A DNA stretch of 64,000 nt from an uncultured Chlamydiae bacterium (GCA_963754655.1 CAVWGN010000001.1:1792001-1856000); one strand, 5' to 3'; shown: positions 9,635 through 20,894, counted from the first letter of the stretch. The notes: a model not told the origin generated them from the letters alone. Program-made: numbers and translations.

Positions 9635-10861
9635 CTAATAACAGCTTCCCATCGATTGTCCGGCAAGCCATCCTGTTGTCCAAGCATTTTGAAAGTTAAA
9701 TCCTCCCGTTACACCATCGATATTGAGAATTTCTCCAGCAAAATACAACCCGGGTACAATTCGGCTTTCCATTGTTTTAAAATCCACCTCCTCTAATGCC
9801 ACTCCCCCACATGTGACAAATTCTTGCTTATAAGTTGTTTTACCTTGAATATTTAATGAGGTGCAACGCAGCTGCCGGACTAGCGCTTGCAGTTGCTTAT
9901 GGGACAATGCGGACCAGCGCACCTCTTCAGGAATGCCAGCCAGGTTCACTAATCGCTTCCATAATTGCTTTGGCAAAGAAAAGTGAGGCTCTGTTCCAAC
10001 CTGACGAAGAGCAACACCTTGCTTGCTTTCTTGCAATCGCTGACGCACTTCCTCCTCTGCAAGTAAAGGAATCCAATTCACGAGCACCTGCGTCTGATAA
10101 TGTAGAGAATGCAATTCACGAGCTGCCCAAGCAGATAACTTTAGGACGGCAGGCCCACTTAATCCCCAATGGGTAAAAAGCAAGGGTCCCAGTTGTTCAA
10201 ACCCCCATTGAGGAAGTTGCACTAAGACAGGCGACACTGCCACTCCCTGCAAATCAAGAAAAGGAGAATCTGGAATATTAAAAGTAAAAAGAGAAGGAAC
10301 AAGAGGAATCACTGTATGGCCAAGCTGTTCGATTAAGGGATAAATTTTAGGAGAGCTTCCTGTTGCCAGAAGTAAACGATCACATTCTAATTGCTGACCA
10401 TTTGACAGTTCCAAAATAAATCCTTGTGGGTCACGTCGTCTAATTGTCTGAACTCCCTGTTCTAATTGGAGCTCGACCCCAACTCGTTTGGTTTCATTCA
10501 ATAGACATTCAATAATCGTATCTGATCGATCTGTAATGGGAAACATACGTCCATCTTCTTCAGTTTTAAGAATGACACCCCGGCTCTCAAACCATTGAAT
10601 GGTATCTTTTGACTGAAATCGACTAAAAGGACCTCGCAACTCTTTATGGCCCCGTGGATAGTTTTTAACAAGAAGTGCAGGATCAAAACAGGCATGAGTC
10701 ACATTACAGCGTCCTCCACCTGAAATGCGTACTTTAGCCAATACTTGACGCGTTTTTTCAAGTAGAAGAATACGATGCTCTGGATAATGTTGAGCACTGG
10801 TGATGGCCCCAAAGAAGCCTGCAGCCCCTCCCCCAACCACAACGATGGTCAAAGAATTCAT
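9635..10861 (-). CDS. HI0933/YhiN-family flavoprotein (NAD(P)/FAD-dependent oxidoreductase)
   Basis: GGGAAG, KVRISGGGRCNVT, LFTHWGLSGPAVL, VTCGGV, GGFNFQNAWTTG. Likely start MNSLTIVVVGG at 10861 overlaps the upstream TGA (ATGA). Confidence 0.93.
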   Translation of the reverse strand: MNSLTIVVVGGGAAGFFGAITSAQHYPEHRILLLEKTRQVLAKVRISGGGRCNVTHACFDPALLVKNYPRGHKELRGPFSRFQSKDTIQWFESRGVILKTEEDGRMFPITDRSDTIIECLLNETKRVGVELQLEQGVQTIRRRDPQGFILELSNGQQLECDRLLLATGSSPKIYPLIEQLGHTVIPLVPSLFTFNIPDSPFLDLQGVAVSPVLVQLPQWGFEQLGPLLFTHWGLSGPAVLKLSAWAARELHSLHYQTQVLVNWIPLLAEEEVRQRLQESKQGVALRQVGTEPHFSLPKQLWKRLVNLAGIPEEVRWSALSHKQLQALVRQLRCTSLNIQGKTTYKQEFVTCGGVALEEVDFKTMESRIVPGLYFAGEILNIDGVTGGFNFQNAWTTGWLAGQSMGSCY

Positions 10862-12800
10862 GACGCCTCTTCTCCAGCTTGCAAATCCAAGCTCGCTTGT
10901 TCCCACTGTTCCATCGCGTTTAGGAGGTTATTCTCTAATTGAAGTTTATCATTGACTAACTGTTGCTGCTCTTCACGAGAAGTGCGTTGATAAAAACCTT
11001 CATTAGCCATGCGCATATCCAATTCTTGAATTTTCTTTTCTAGCTGGTGGCAGTTTTCTTCCGCTTGAGTCACTCTCTTGCGCAACTGAGCCATTTGACT
11101 TTTTAATTTTTTTTGATGGTTATAAGGATTGGTAGAGAGACTTTTAGGAGAAGTATTTTCATGAGAATAGCGTTGACTTAAGGGAAGATTGGAAGTCAAA
11201 TAATCTTTTTCCTGCTTTTCGAGATAGTCGGCATAAGTTCCCTTAAAATCTTTTACTCCCTGATAGGAAATCTCTATGATGCGATTAGCGAGACGCGAAA
11301 CAAAATAGCGATTATGGCTGACAAGTAAAAGTGTGCCCTCAAAGTTCTCAAGCGCTTTTGCTAATTCCTCAATAGCTTCCATATCTAAGTGGTTGGTAGG
11401 CTCGTCAAAGAGGAGGACATTAGGTTTTTGCAACATCATTTTGGCTAGCAGAAGGCGAGCTGTTTCACCTCCGCTTAACGTGTGGATAGATTGATTAACA
11501 GTCTCTCCGGAGAAGAGCACGCGTCCTAAGAGATCCCTCAAACGCTCTTGTGGAATCTCTCTATCAAATTGACCTAACCATTCTAGAAGGCTTAATGAAC
11601 CTTTAACCTCTCGGGCATGATCTTGAGGAAAATAGGCTAAACGAGCCGCAAATCCCCACTGAAACATCCCTTGATCGGCGGTTTGGTTTTGGGCAAGAAT
11701 TTCTAATAAAGTAGACTTTCCAATCCCGTTAGGACCAATAATGGCAACTTTTTCTCCACGTTCAACTTCAAAGGAAACGCGATCTAAAACCTTTTTAGAG
11801 CCATACGCCTTACTCATTTCTTTCACCGTTAAGACAGTAACACCAGAGGCACGTAAGGGCTCAAAGATTAATTGAGGATAAATACGTGAACTTGGAACGA
11901 GGTCTAAAGACTCCATCTCCTCTTCTAGTTGTTCGACAAGGCGCGCCTTGGATTGGGCTTGGCGTGCTTTGCTCGCTTTGGCACCAAAGCGATCAATAAA
12001 TCCTTGCAAATCAGTGCGCCGCTTGCCATGCTTTTGCAGCATATGCTCTTTAAGTTCACGATCCAAAATTTTTTGTTCTTGGAATCGCTCATAATTGCCT
12101 TTATAAATTTTAATAGTTCCATAATCGACATCGGCAATATGAGTACAAATGCCATTCAAAAATTCGCGATCATGGGAAGTGAGGACCAGTGTACCTGGAA
12201 AATTGCGCAGATAATCTTCCAACCATTTAATAGAATATAAGTCCAAATGGTTGGTCGGTTCATCCAAAACGAGAATATCTGGTTTGCCAAATAACACTTG
12301 AGCCAGCAAAACACGCAATTTATAGCCTCCTGAGAGGACATCAAGAGGTTGACGATGCCACTGTTCACGCACTCCTAATCCTTCCAACAATTTTGCCGCT
12401 TCTCCCTCGGCTACATAGCCCTCCTGTTCCTCTATGACTTTTTCCCATTTCACTAACATATTACAATCTTGGTCGTCAAAGCCTTCTTTTTCTAAAAGAA
12501 TTCTTTTTTTTCTATGGCTTCCCAAAGCTTTTTCTTGCCTTGTAAGACGACATCTAGAATCAACTGTTGTTTATACACATAATGGTCTTGGCTCAATGAT
12601 CCTAAAGCAAGTTGTTGAGGAAGGCTCACTTGACCACTTTCAGACGTCAATTCACCAGTTAAGATTTTGATTAAGGTTGATTTTCCGCAACCATTTGCGC
12701 CCACTAGTCCATAACGATTTCCCGCATTGAATTGCAAAGAAACATTGTGAAACAAAATTTTGGCGCCAAAGCGCATGGAAAGTTGAGTTAGAGTCAGCAT
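10858..12800 (-). CDS. ABC-F family ATPase (YbiT/YheS-like), frameshifted at an A8 tract
   Basis: Walker A GANGCGKST in ORF 12492-12800. LSGG...LDEPTNHLD, second NBD GPNGIGKST and a C-terminal coiled coil in ORF 10858-12525. The frames join if the T8 run at 12504-12511 is read as 9. Confidence 0.85.
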
Positions 12801-13011
12801 ACTGAAATTTTAGTTAAATTATTTTTAATAATTGTATCATATTGATTAATATAAAATAAATTAAAAGAAATTAAAGAAAATTAAAAGGAAGTCAAGATGT
12901 TGCATGCCCTTCAAATTGTAGGGACGTTACTATTCATTGCGATTTTGCTGCAACTTTTTCTAATCAAAAAGCTCTTAGACCGAGATTAAGAGTCATGAAG
13001 TAGGCGTCTTT

Positions 13012-13239
13012 TTAAGGATGCATCGCAGCTGGAGGTTGCCATCCCGTATAAATCAATACTACCCCGATTAAAATGACAATCACTCCCCCTAAGAGAAACC
13101 ATCTCGTTCGTTGCGTATAATGACCTGTTACGCCCTCTACTACCTTATTTGTTAGTGTTTGCGTTTTTCTACCTCCATATCCAATTAAAAAAACTCCTAT
13201 GACTAATAGAATGACTCCAATGAGACTTAAAATTGTCAT
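13012..13239 (-). CDS. Small two-TM membrane protein, DUF3185-like
   Basis: Two hydrophobic helices around VTGHYTQRTRWFLLGG; AGGAGG RBS. Confidence 0.7.
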   Translation of the reverse strand: MTILSLIGVILLVIGVFLIGYGGRKTQTLTNKVVEGVTGHYTQRTRWFLLGGVIVILIGVVLIYTGWQPPAAMHP

Positions 13240-13311
13240 TTTTCCTCCTAATTTTTTTTAACTTGATCCCATTGCCCTTCGTACCAGAAAGTGACCGAAG
13301 GAGCAAAAATT

Positions 13312-14583
13312 TTATTGCTGCTTTTTGCCTTCTTGCAGCAAATCATGTAGATTGAAATGCTCGTAAGGCTGGCTCCATGCCACCTCTCCGAGAGGGCCAG
13401 CATGCGCCACCCAAACATCTAAACTTGTGGGAGCAAAAATGGCAGTGTGAAGATTACTTGAAAGCCCCCCTTCTCCCTTAATGATCTCTTGTAGATCTTT
13501 AATCTCTATCCTTCCATAGGACTTAAGGATACGCTGAATTAAAACAGGGTAACGTTGTGGATGGCAAAAACCTATTAAAATTAAACAATCCTCCGGCTGA
13601 GTATGAATTAATCCCCATAATTGCTTTTTTTCCTGCTCTTTAAATAAAAGAGTTTGATAGGGAGAAATTTGCATTTGAGAGTGATTAAATACTTTCTTGT
13701 CATCGTTTATCCCACTAGTTTCATTGCATAGGTCACCGGCATCAAAGAGAGCATAAGAAGTTCCTGGTTCAATAAATTGCACTTGTTGGCTTGTCGCATA
13801 TACTCCTATTGATTCTCCACTCTTGCCATCTGAAAAGACATAATAGTACTCGCATGTGCGTTGGGTAGTAGCTAAAATCTTTTTCACTTCTGACAAGCTG
13901 TCAGCCTCTTCTAAAATTTTTCGGATTAAAAAAGCCATGGGCATTCCCTCATATTGACCATACCCTTTTCCACCAATTTCTCCAATGGCAATGTGCTGAC
14001 CATTCATTCCAGTAACAGAGCCAATAAAGCCAGCATAAGACACATTTAAAAAAGGAATTTTGCCTTCAGGTTGAACAACCATAAGAACAGCCGTATCTTG
14101 TAAGTTCTTTCCAACAGAATAGTCTAAGACCCTAACATGATAAAGATCTGCGCTTTTTGTCGCTTTTCCTTTCACAGTTAATCCACTACAATGAAACATT
14201 TCGGGAAAAAGATTGAGCAACAAAATTTTCTCATAGGGAAGCCCTGCTCCATCAGCGAGCCCTTGAAGTTCTTGTAAATAATCCTGGGGAATATGTTTGA
14301 GAACCTTTGGAAGTTTTGCAAGAAAAGATTGGATTTGGGGGTGCTCTGAATGAGCAAGGATTTGATGATCAATTAACCGTTTGACATTATAGGCAACAGC
14401 CTCTTTTAATTGCTGACCATGCTGATAGCCTAATTCGTAAGGAGAGCCTTTCAAAAACAATTTAGTAGGAACAAAGGGCTTTTTTTCTATTTTTTGCTCT
14501 AACTCATCCCAAGTAGTTATTCCCATTAGCATTCCACATATCAGGCAGCTAAATAAATAGATGATTAATACTTTTAGCTTCAC
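13312..14583 (-). CDS. Secreted Ntn-hydrolase, peptidase C45 / acyl-CoA:6-APA acyltransferase-like
   Basis: GTG start with AGGAG RBS; signal peptide; GSPYELGYQHG, ELQGLADG, HCSG (putative autocleavage Cys), AGFIGSVTGMN. Confidence 0.8.
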   Translation of the reverse strand: MKLKVLIIYLFSCLICGMLMGITTWDELEQKIEKKPFVPTKLFLKGSPYELGYQHGQQLKEAVAYNVKRLIDHQILAHSEHPQIQSFLAKLPKVLKHIPQDYLQELQGLADGAGLPYEKILLLNLFPEMFHCSGLTVKGKATKSADLYHVRVLDYSVGKNLQDTAVLMVVQPEGKIPFLNVSYAGFIGSVTGMNGQHIAIGEIGGKGYGQYEGMPMAFLIRKILEEADSLSEVKKILATTQRTCEYYYVFSDGKSGESIGVYATSQQVQFIEPGTSYALFDAGDLCNETSGINDDKKVFNHSQMQISPYQTLLFKEQEKKQLWGLIHTQPEDCLILIGFCHPQRYPVLIQRILKSYGRIEIKDLQEIIKGEGGLSSNLHTAIFAPTSLDVWVAHAGPLGEVAWSQPYEHFNLHDLLQEGKKQQ

Positions 14584-14678
14584 AGATTTCTCCTCTTTTC
14601 ACGATCATTCTTTGATTAAATGCAAGCGGATATCTTATCAGAATCAAGAATATCTTAAACAGTCCTTCGTTTTTTTAC

Positions 14679-15183
14679 CTAGTACTCAACCACATTAGTT
14701 TTGTGTATTTAGACTGCTTCAAAGCCCCGGGGTAGGGTGTTCATTTTGTGCAAAAAATGAGCTTTATTTTTCACAATAATTGGCATAGTTGAATAGAAGG
14801 TCGCATGTTTATGCCGTCCTTTCAGGACTCGATGTCTTTTTGATAGAACCCAGGCCTCCGCTTCGCTGCGACCTGGGCTGTAACATGACGGCCCTTCAGG
14901 CCTTAACAAGAGATGTTTAAGTCCCTCTTCTATAGTCCCTAAATCATCTTTTTGTTAAGGCCTGAAGGGCCGTCATGTTACAGCCCAGGTCGCAGCGAAG
15001 CGGAGGCCTGGGTTCTATCAAAAAGACATCGAGTCCTGAAAGGACGGCATAAACATGCGACCTTCTATTCAACTATGCCAATTATTGTGAAAAATAAAGC
15101 TCATTTTTTGCACAAAATGAACACCCTAGCCCAGGGGCTTTGAAGCAGTCTAAATACACAAAACTAATGTGGTTGAGTACTAG
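14679..15183. repeat. 505-bp nested palindrome (shell A enclosing module B with REP-like arms)
   Basis: CTAGTACTCAACCACATTAGTTT...AAACTAATGTGGTTGAGTACTAG; inner GGGTGTTCATTTTGTGC...GCACAAAATGAACACCC at 14735-15126; near-perfect arms of about 230 bp. Confidence 0.92.
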
Positions 15184-16019
15184 GGAGCGTACCTAAAAGA
15201 TTTAAATTAAATAAGTTATGATTTATAATTTTCTCTGATAAAACAAGGAGAAAATTTGAATGAATAGGATAGTATTAACCAATGAAAGATGGATAAAATT
15301 AAAACCTTTATTGCCAAAAGAACGAGGATATTGGGGCAGACCAAGCCGGCCTCATCGTAAGATTTTAGAAGGCATTATTTGGGTTTTAAGAACAGGAGCC
15401 GCTTGGAGGGATCTACCGCCCAAGTATGGTCCTTGGAGCACATGTTATAATCGCTTTAATCGATGGACAAAGGCTGGAATCTGGCAAACGATTTGGCAAG
15501 CTTTAAAAGATGAAATTGACGAAGAAAATTACTCTGTAGACAGCTCAATTGTTGAAGCGCATCAAGATGCTTGTAGGATAAAAAAAAGCCGAAGAAGCCA
15601 TGGGAAAATCAAGGGCCGGAACAACCACAAAAATTCATGCAGTAACAGATGGATTAGGTCGTTGTATTGATTTTATCTTGACAGAAGGTCAAGTACACGA
15701 GAGCACTCAAATGAAGCTTTTACTCAGTGGAAAAAATCCACAAAATGTTATAGCTGATAAAGCTTACGACTCAAATGAAATCAGAGATTTTATAGAAAAG
15801 ATGGGAAGTCAAGCTGTCATACCCAGCAAAGTATCAAGAGCTGAACTAATTGAACATGATAAACATATCTACAGAGAGCGTTGCTTGGTAGAAAATTTTT
15901 TTCAGTTTATAAAACGATTTAGGCGTATTGGAATAAGATACGAAATGAAAACTCAAAATTATGCAGGAATGTTGACAATCACTTGTATTATACAATGGTT
16001 AATCTTTTAGGTACGCTCC
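15184..16019 (+). mobile_element. IS5-family element (IS427-like, two ORFs), apparently intact
   Basis: 17-bp TIR GGAGCGTACCTAAAAGA/TCTTTTAGGTACGCTCC; CTAG on both sides; 836 bp. Confidence 0.9.
15260..16010 (+). CDS. IS5-family transposase, orfA (15260-15670) + orfB (15600-16010) joined by a -1 frameshift
   Basis: orfA has WVLRTGAAWRDLP..YGPWSTCYNRFNRW and VDSS. orfB has TTKIHAVTD, IADKAYDS, YRERCLVENFF..IKRFRRI. A8G slippery run at 15580-15588. Confidence 0.88.
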
Positions 16020-16076
16020 CTAGTACTTCATTGCATTAGTTTGAGATCAGAAAAGATCTAAGAAATGACTAAAGAA

Positions 16077-16104
16077 GAGGTCAATAGGGTTAACTATTGA
16101 CCTC
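16077..16104 (-). terminator. Hairpin terminator for the OMP gene
   Basis: GAGGTCAATAG-6nt-CTATTGACCTC, 13 bp past the stop, followed by TTCTTT on the minus strand. Confidence 0.5.
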
Positions 16105-16117
16105 ATGAAAGGAAAGT

Positions 16118-16837
16118 TTAGAAAGATTGTCTGAGAGCAAGACCCAAACTATGATCTCTTGCATGCTCTCTTGCAACAAAGTAACGATATTCGAGGCCAA
16201 GAGAAGTATCCTGTGTGAGGCGATAGCTAATGCCAGCAATCGCTTGGCCTGCTATTCCATTACCTGTCCCCTTTTTACTCTCGATCAAAAGCCCATCGTG
16301 ATGCACTTTCACATGACCGCCTATGTGAGTATATCCAATTCCTACACCAACATAGGGCACAATGTTAGGACAGTAGCAAGACACACCATCAAAGTCATAA
16401 AGAAAATTAGCCATATAGGACCATGAATAGGTAGAACCAGAAACTTTGTAATTTTCAGCAAAAGTAGTCGATTCCCCATGCTTGATCTGGTTCTTTCTAT
16501 AAGCAACCTCGCCTTCCATGCGAAATCCATTATTAAATTTATAGCCAAGCGATAATGCCGTAGCATATCCTACTCGTGTTTTAAGCTTAACATCATGTGT
16601 GTGGTGAAAATTTAACCAATTTGCTCCTCCAAAAGCACCAACATAAAATCTTCCTCCCTGGGAACAGGGATCACATCGTCCCACACAAGGATCTTCACAG
16701 TATCCTACACATTGATCAGCATATCGATATTGCTGTGGATAATTGCATTGGTTATAAGATGGATTTGCATAAATATTTGCTACTAAAAACAAAGAGATCC
16801 AAAAAGAATAAATCGATAATAATTTCTTCATACTCAC
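16118..16837 (-). CDS. Outer-membrane beta-barrel protein (OmpA-like 8-strand) with Cys-rich N-terminus
   Basis: Signal peptide; FYVGAFGGAN, GFRMEGEVAYRKN, PYVGVGIGY, LGLEYRYF; terminal F. Confidence 0.85.
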   Translation of the reverse strand: MSMKKLLSIYSFWISLFLVANIYANPSYNQCNYPQQYRYADQCVGYCEDPCVGRCDPCSQGGRFYVGAFGGANWLNFHHTHDVKLKTRVGYATALSLGYKFNNGFRMEGEVAYRKNQIKHGESTTFAENYKVSGSTYSWSYMANFLYDFDGVSCYCPNIVPYVGVGIGYTHIGGHVKVHHDGLLIESKKGTGNGIAGQAIAGISYRLTQDTSLGLEYRYFVAREHARDHSLGLALRQSF

Positions 16838-17263
16838 TCCAAATGAAGTTAATTTAAATTTTTATTTGTTTTCAAAAAAAACAAACCTCTATTAATTGAG
16901 CAACTTCCAATTAATAGCCTGACATCTTAGACCTTTATAAGATTTTAAGTAAAGATAGAATAAAAATTTTAAATAATTCAATTAAATCTATTAAGACATA
17001 TCTGTGAGCCATTTACATCTTATTCATTTGATATTCAAGGAAATGAGTTAATTCAAATAAAAAATTTATAACTTTTTATTTTTCATTTGAAATTGAATAC
17101 TCTATGTTTTTAAACTGATGAATATGATAGAATATGTCTTTTGTTAAAAAATTTGATTACTTACTTTTCCTATGTTTATAAAAAATTAATTTATTCTTTA
17201 ATAGAAAAATAATTTTAAATATTAAAATAATTATAGTTTTAATCAAACAAAACAAGGGCACCG

Positions 17264-18226
17264 ATGTTAGCAAAAACAATTATAGCAAGCTTATTTTGCA
17301 TGTTACTTACCTGCGGGAGTGCACTAGATGGATTTGATGTTAAATTTAATAAATTTTCTAATTATTATTTTTTAGATCAGCATATTGATTGGGGAAATTT
17401 ATATCTAGAAGGGGTTGATATTGATTTTAAAGCTGCTGAACTCGCTCAGCAAAAATTAAAGGGCGGCCGATTTGATGAAACGATTCACTCAGTAGTGCCT
17501 AATGATTTTTTTGTAACTGATAGAGAATGGAAGCAAGCGAAGGATTATATTGCGTATGTGATTGGACCTATTCCTAATCTCAATAAAAAAGAAAGCGCTC
17601 GATGGGAGAATAGCTCTAAAAACGTGGATCAACTTTTACAAGATGCCGAGCAAGTATCACCAATTTTTAAGAGAGATTTTCAACAGATTGCTTATCGCAT
17701 CCAAGCAGTCGCTAATTTTGGACCAAATGATCAATTTATTGTGAAATCCAAAAAGAGTTTAACAGAAAAAGTTGATCGAGATGCCAGCTTATTTAAAATG
17801 TCAAAAGAAGAAGCGGTTATAAAAATTGGCGATGCTATAAGAGGAACGATCATTGTAGATCATTTGCAAAAAATCCCGACAGTCATTAGTGCAATCATGC
17901 AATATGCTGATAATAAGGGAGCAAAAGTTGCCTTTAAAAATTTATGGATTGAAGATCGAGAATCGGGATATGTAGGGATACATGCAAAAATTCTTTATCC
18001 TTTACCACATGCGAAAAACGGAACAGAAGACCGTTACATCCTGGCAGAAATGCAAATTCATCTAGCCAATATGGTCGATGGAACTGAAGCGAGTGCTAAG
18101 GAGCGGGCCCACTTCATTTATGAACAAGTTCGCGATGAAGATTTAAATCCAGAAGAGCTCGCTGCAGCGTCCAAGTTGTTCTTTTTAACAGCTATGGAAG
18201 AGGTTCTAGCAAAATTAGAAAAATAA
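17264..18226 (+). CDS. Signal-peptide protein with a RelA/SpoT-like nucleotidyltransferase domain
   Basis: MLAKTIIASLFCMLLTCGSA leader; ordered motifs VKSKKSLTEKVDRD, IGDAIRGTIIV, SGYVGIH, AEMQIH. Confidence 0.65.
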   Translation: MLAKTIIASLFCMLLTCGSALDGFDVKFNKFSNYYFLDQHIDWGNLYLEGVDIDFKAAELAQQKLKGGRFDETIHSVVPNDFFVTDREWKQAKDYIAYVIGPIPNLNKKESARWENSSKNVDQLLQDAEQVSPIFKRDFQQIAYRIQAVANFGPNDQFIVKSKKSLTEKVDRDASLFKMSKEEAVIKIGDAIRGTIIVDHLQKIPTVISAIMQYADNKGAKVAFKNLWIEDRESGYVGIHAKILYPLPHAKNGTEDRYILAEMQIHLANMVDGTEASAKERAHFIYEQVRDEDLNPEELAAASKLFFLTAMEEVLAKLEK

Positions 18227-18382
18227 TATTGCCTTATGATGAATTGAAAATAAGTGTTTTCAAAACTGAAATGATACCAGTTAAAATAGAAGACAAGCGT
18301 GCTTTAAGAGTCGGCGATAGATTGCCTTAAAAGGTTTTTGAGATACACATCCAAACGCAACAGCGGTTGGATGGTGGATTTA

Positions 18383-18841
18383 TTATTGAGGAATAATGCG
18401 AGAGCGACCATAGGGGCTAATTATCACATAAACAGGTTGACCCATATTAAAAGCTTGATCTCGGCCTTGAACAACTGTAATGAAATTGCCATTATAGAGC
18501 TGAACAGTATATTCAAAAGCCATTTGTTGTTTTAAATTTTTTTCAACTAAGGATCCAGCGACAGCACCTGCAATGGCTCCTGCAGCAGTAGGAACAAAAT
18601 TCCCCCTACCCAAAGCATTTCCAACCATACCGCCTGCAACTCCACCGCCAACGATTCCCAGTCCATTATCTTCCAGCTGATCCCCTTGTTCCACACAAAC
18701 ATAACGCACATTTCTGATGACACCTGGATAAGTTGTTGAAACTTCTCCTACTTGTCTAGAAGCGTAAACATTCGAATCAATTTGTTTTGCACAAGATGTA
18801 AATGATATTGCACATAATGCAAGTAATATTATTTTTCTCAT
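18383..18841 (-). CDS. SlyB/Pcp-like glycine-zipper outer-membrane lipoprotein
   Basis: Lipobox FTSC; GIVGGGVAGGMVGNALGRG...AAGAIAGAVAG; ITVVQ. Confidence 0.85.
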   Translation of the reverse strand: MRKIILLALCAISFTSCAKQIDSNVYASRQVGEVSTTYPGVIRNVRYVCVEQGDQLEDNGLGIVGGGVAGGMVGNALGRGNFVPTAAGAIAGAVAGSLVEKNLKQQMAFEYTVQLYNGNFITVVQGRDQAFNMGQPVYVIISPYGRSRIIPQ

Positions 18842-19158
18842 ATTTTATCCTTTTATTTATTTCCATATAAATTGTTTCATAAGGTTAATCAGCTTATCTT
18901 TTCTATGAAAAATGGCTCATATACCTACCTCATCGCATGAAAAGGAGTTGAGTGTAGCAAAATCCCCTATTTTTTGCCCTCAGAAAAAAATGAGTTTAAT
19001 ATTAGGAGTAAATTCAAAAATTTAATTTTATTATTTGATTAAATTCAATTCTGTTTAGAGTGAGGTTGAAAGAACCTGTGAATATCGTTTGTTAAAATGG
19101 TAAAACAAGCCATTTGTACGTTACTGATATGCAATCAAGTTTAATATAGGATGGCCAT

Positions 19159-20742
19159 ATGTCTTTTATTTTCACTCTTGAAAAGTTTGATGTTTTAAAA
19201 AATTTTCCCGATATGAAAATTTTTCAAACAGATTATCAATATGCTGAAAAAAATGATTTAATTAAACGCGTCTCCGCTTTAAAGAATGAATTACCTAAAA
19301 ATCTACGGTCTTTACTAGAAGGGATTTGTCACCCTGATTTTAAAGTTACTATTTATGATAGTGTTCTTTTACACGAGCTTAAAAAAGTTTCTCTTTTTTT
19401 TGCTAAACATGCAAATTTTAGACCCGCTGAAGCAAACCAGCAGGCTTTTTGGCAAACAATTGCTTTCAATTTAGATCGATTAATTCAAGAAAAAGCAGCT
19501 TTTCCATTGCTTAACCTTGATTCAGATATTTTATATGAGCTTTTTTCTTATCTTTCATTGACTGATATTTCCACTTTAATTCAAGTAGCCTATGTGAAAG
19601 ATACTTATCTCAACCCTTTTGTTACATCTACAAGACAAATTCCCCCGAACTTAAAAATAAGAAAGAGTCATGAAGGATGGACGAATCTCGTACAAGAAGT
19701 GCTTATTAACCATCCTTTTTTGATTTCATCAGCACCTAATAGTAGCCATATCCAAAAAGCACGCATCTATCTGAAAGTAAGCAAAGAATGCCAAAAAAAG
19801 CAACCTATTGCTCTTTCCAGTCTTTTTTCCAGTCTTTATGCTCCAACTAATGAAAGGGTCCGCCAACACTATTTGCTTGAATTATCCGATGATCAACTAT
19901 TCAAAAATTTTCTTGGTTATACTTGTCCGACAGGCAAAATTCTTACGCTAGAAATCCCATCCAAAAGGTCTTCTAAATCGCCTTATGCTTGCTCATTATT
20001 GCAGCCTATATCACAATCCATAAATTATTGGAATCAGTTGATTAAAACCTTTTCAGATACTGAAAAATTAAAAATCACAACACTTTTCAATGATGATCTT
20101 CTTATTCTCGAGAAACAAAAACCCATCTTAGAAGTAATTAATCAACTGCCAAATGTTCTCCAATTGGAATTAGAATTTTATCACTTTACGCAATTTGTTC
20201 CTGTCTATTCTGCTACGCGACTTGAATCTTATAACACCTTCATTCACAAATTTCCACAACTCACAAAATTGATTTTAATTGGCAAAGATATTTCTTCAAA
20301 TTCTAAAAATATCGACAATCTTCAGCAACGGTTTCCAGAAGCATTCGAGACTGCTTATCAAAACATCTACCATTTGTCCTTTCCCATCCGAAAGCTTCTT
20401 CATCCCAATTTAGGAATTCAATCAATTCAAATCAATCTCGACTATTTTCCCTATCTTCCATTAGAGCGTTTCGAAGACTACCACAAACAAAAGCGCACCC
20501 TTTATCCAGCTTATTATCTCAAATGTCTAATGAAAGCTATTCTCCACGCATTTAATTTAAAATTTCTTTCAGAAATGCAATTATACATTCCTAAACCACC
20601 CATCGTTAACACATGGGAAGAAATCGCTCCTTTATTAAGTCCACAATTTCAGGCACTGAATCTCCATACTGAGATGAAAATTTTAGATGACCAGATGGTC
20701 TTTACTTTCCAAAAGAATCCAAATCCGATCTCTCTTCAATAA
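19159..20742 (+). CDS. Hypothetical protein with an internal F-box-like motif (putative effector)
   Basis: 527-aa ORF with AGGA RBS; LLNLDSDILYELFSYLSLTDISTLIQV resembles an F-box; weak LRR-like segments downstream. Confidence 0.6.
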   Translation: MSFIFTLEKFDVLKNFPDMKIFQTDYQYAEKNDLIKRVSALKNELPKNLRSLLEGICHPDFKVTIYDSVLLHELKKVSLFFAKHANFRPAEANQQAFWQTIAFNLDRLIQEKAAFPLLNLDSDILYELFSYLSLTDISTLIQVAYVKDTYLNPFVTSTRQIPPNLKIRKSHEGWTNLVQEVLINHPFLISSAPNSSHIQKARIYLKVSKECQKKQPIALSSLFSSLYAPTNERVRQHYLLELSDDQLFKNFLGYTCPTGKILTLEIPSKRSSKSPYACSLLQPISQSINYWNQLIKTFSDTEKLKITTLFNDDLLILEKQKPILEVINQLPNVLQLELEFYHFTQFVPVYSATRLESYNTFIHKFPQLTKLILIGKDISSNSKNIDNLQQRFPEAFETAYQNIYHLSFPIRKLLHPNLGIQSIQINLDYFPYLPLERFEDYHKQKRTLYPAYYLKCLMKAILHAFNLKFLSEMQLYIPKPPIVNTWEEIAPLLSPQFQALNLHTEMKILDDQMVFTFQKNPNPISLQ

Positions 20743-20894
20743 GAGTCTTTGATTGACAGTCTTATTATAAGATTTTACATGCAAATTATTATATAGATAA
20801 TTGTTAAATAATTAGATAAAAAAAATATATTATATTGATTTTATAAAACGAATAAATTAGAATAATTTAAACAAATATTTAAATAAAGGATATT

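Noticed and set aside
14709..15143. Mirror ORFs MLRPEGPSCYSPGRSEAEAW... (also 5178-5372, 59896-60255, 60298-60492)
   Set aside because: They arise from palindrome arms on both strands, use non-ATG starts in most cases and lack RBSs.
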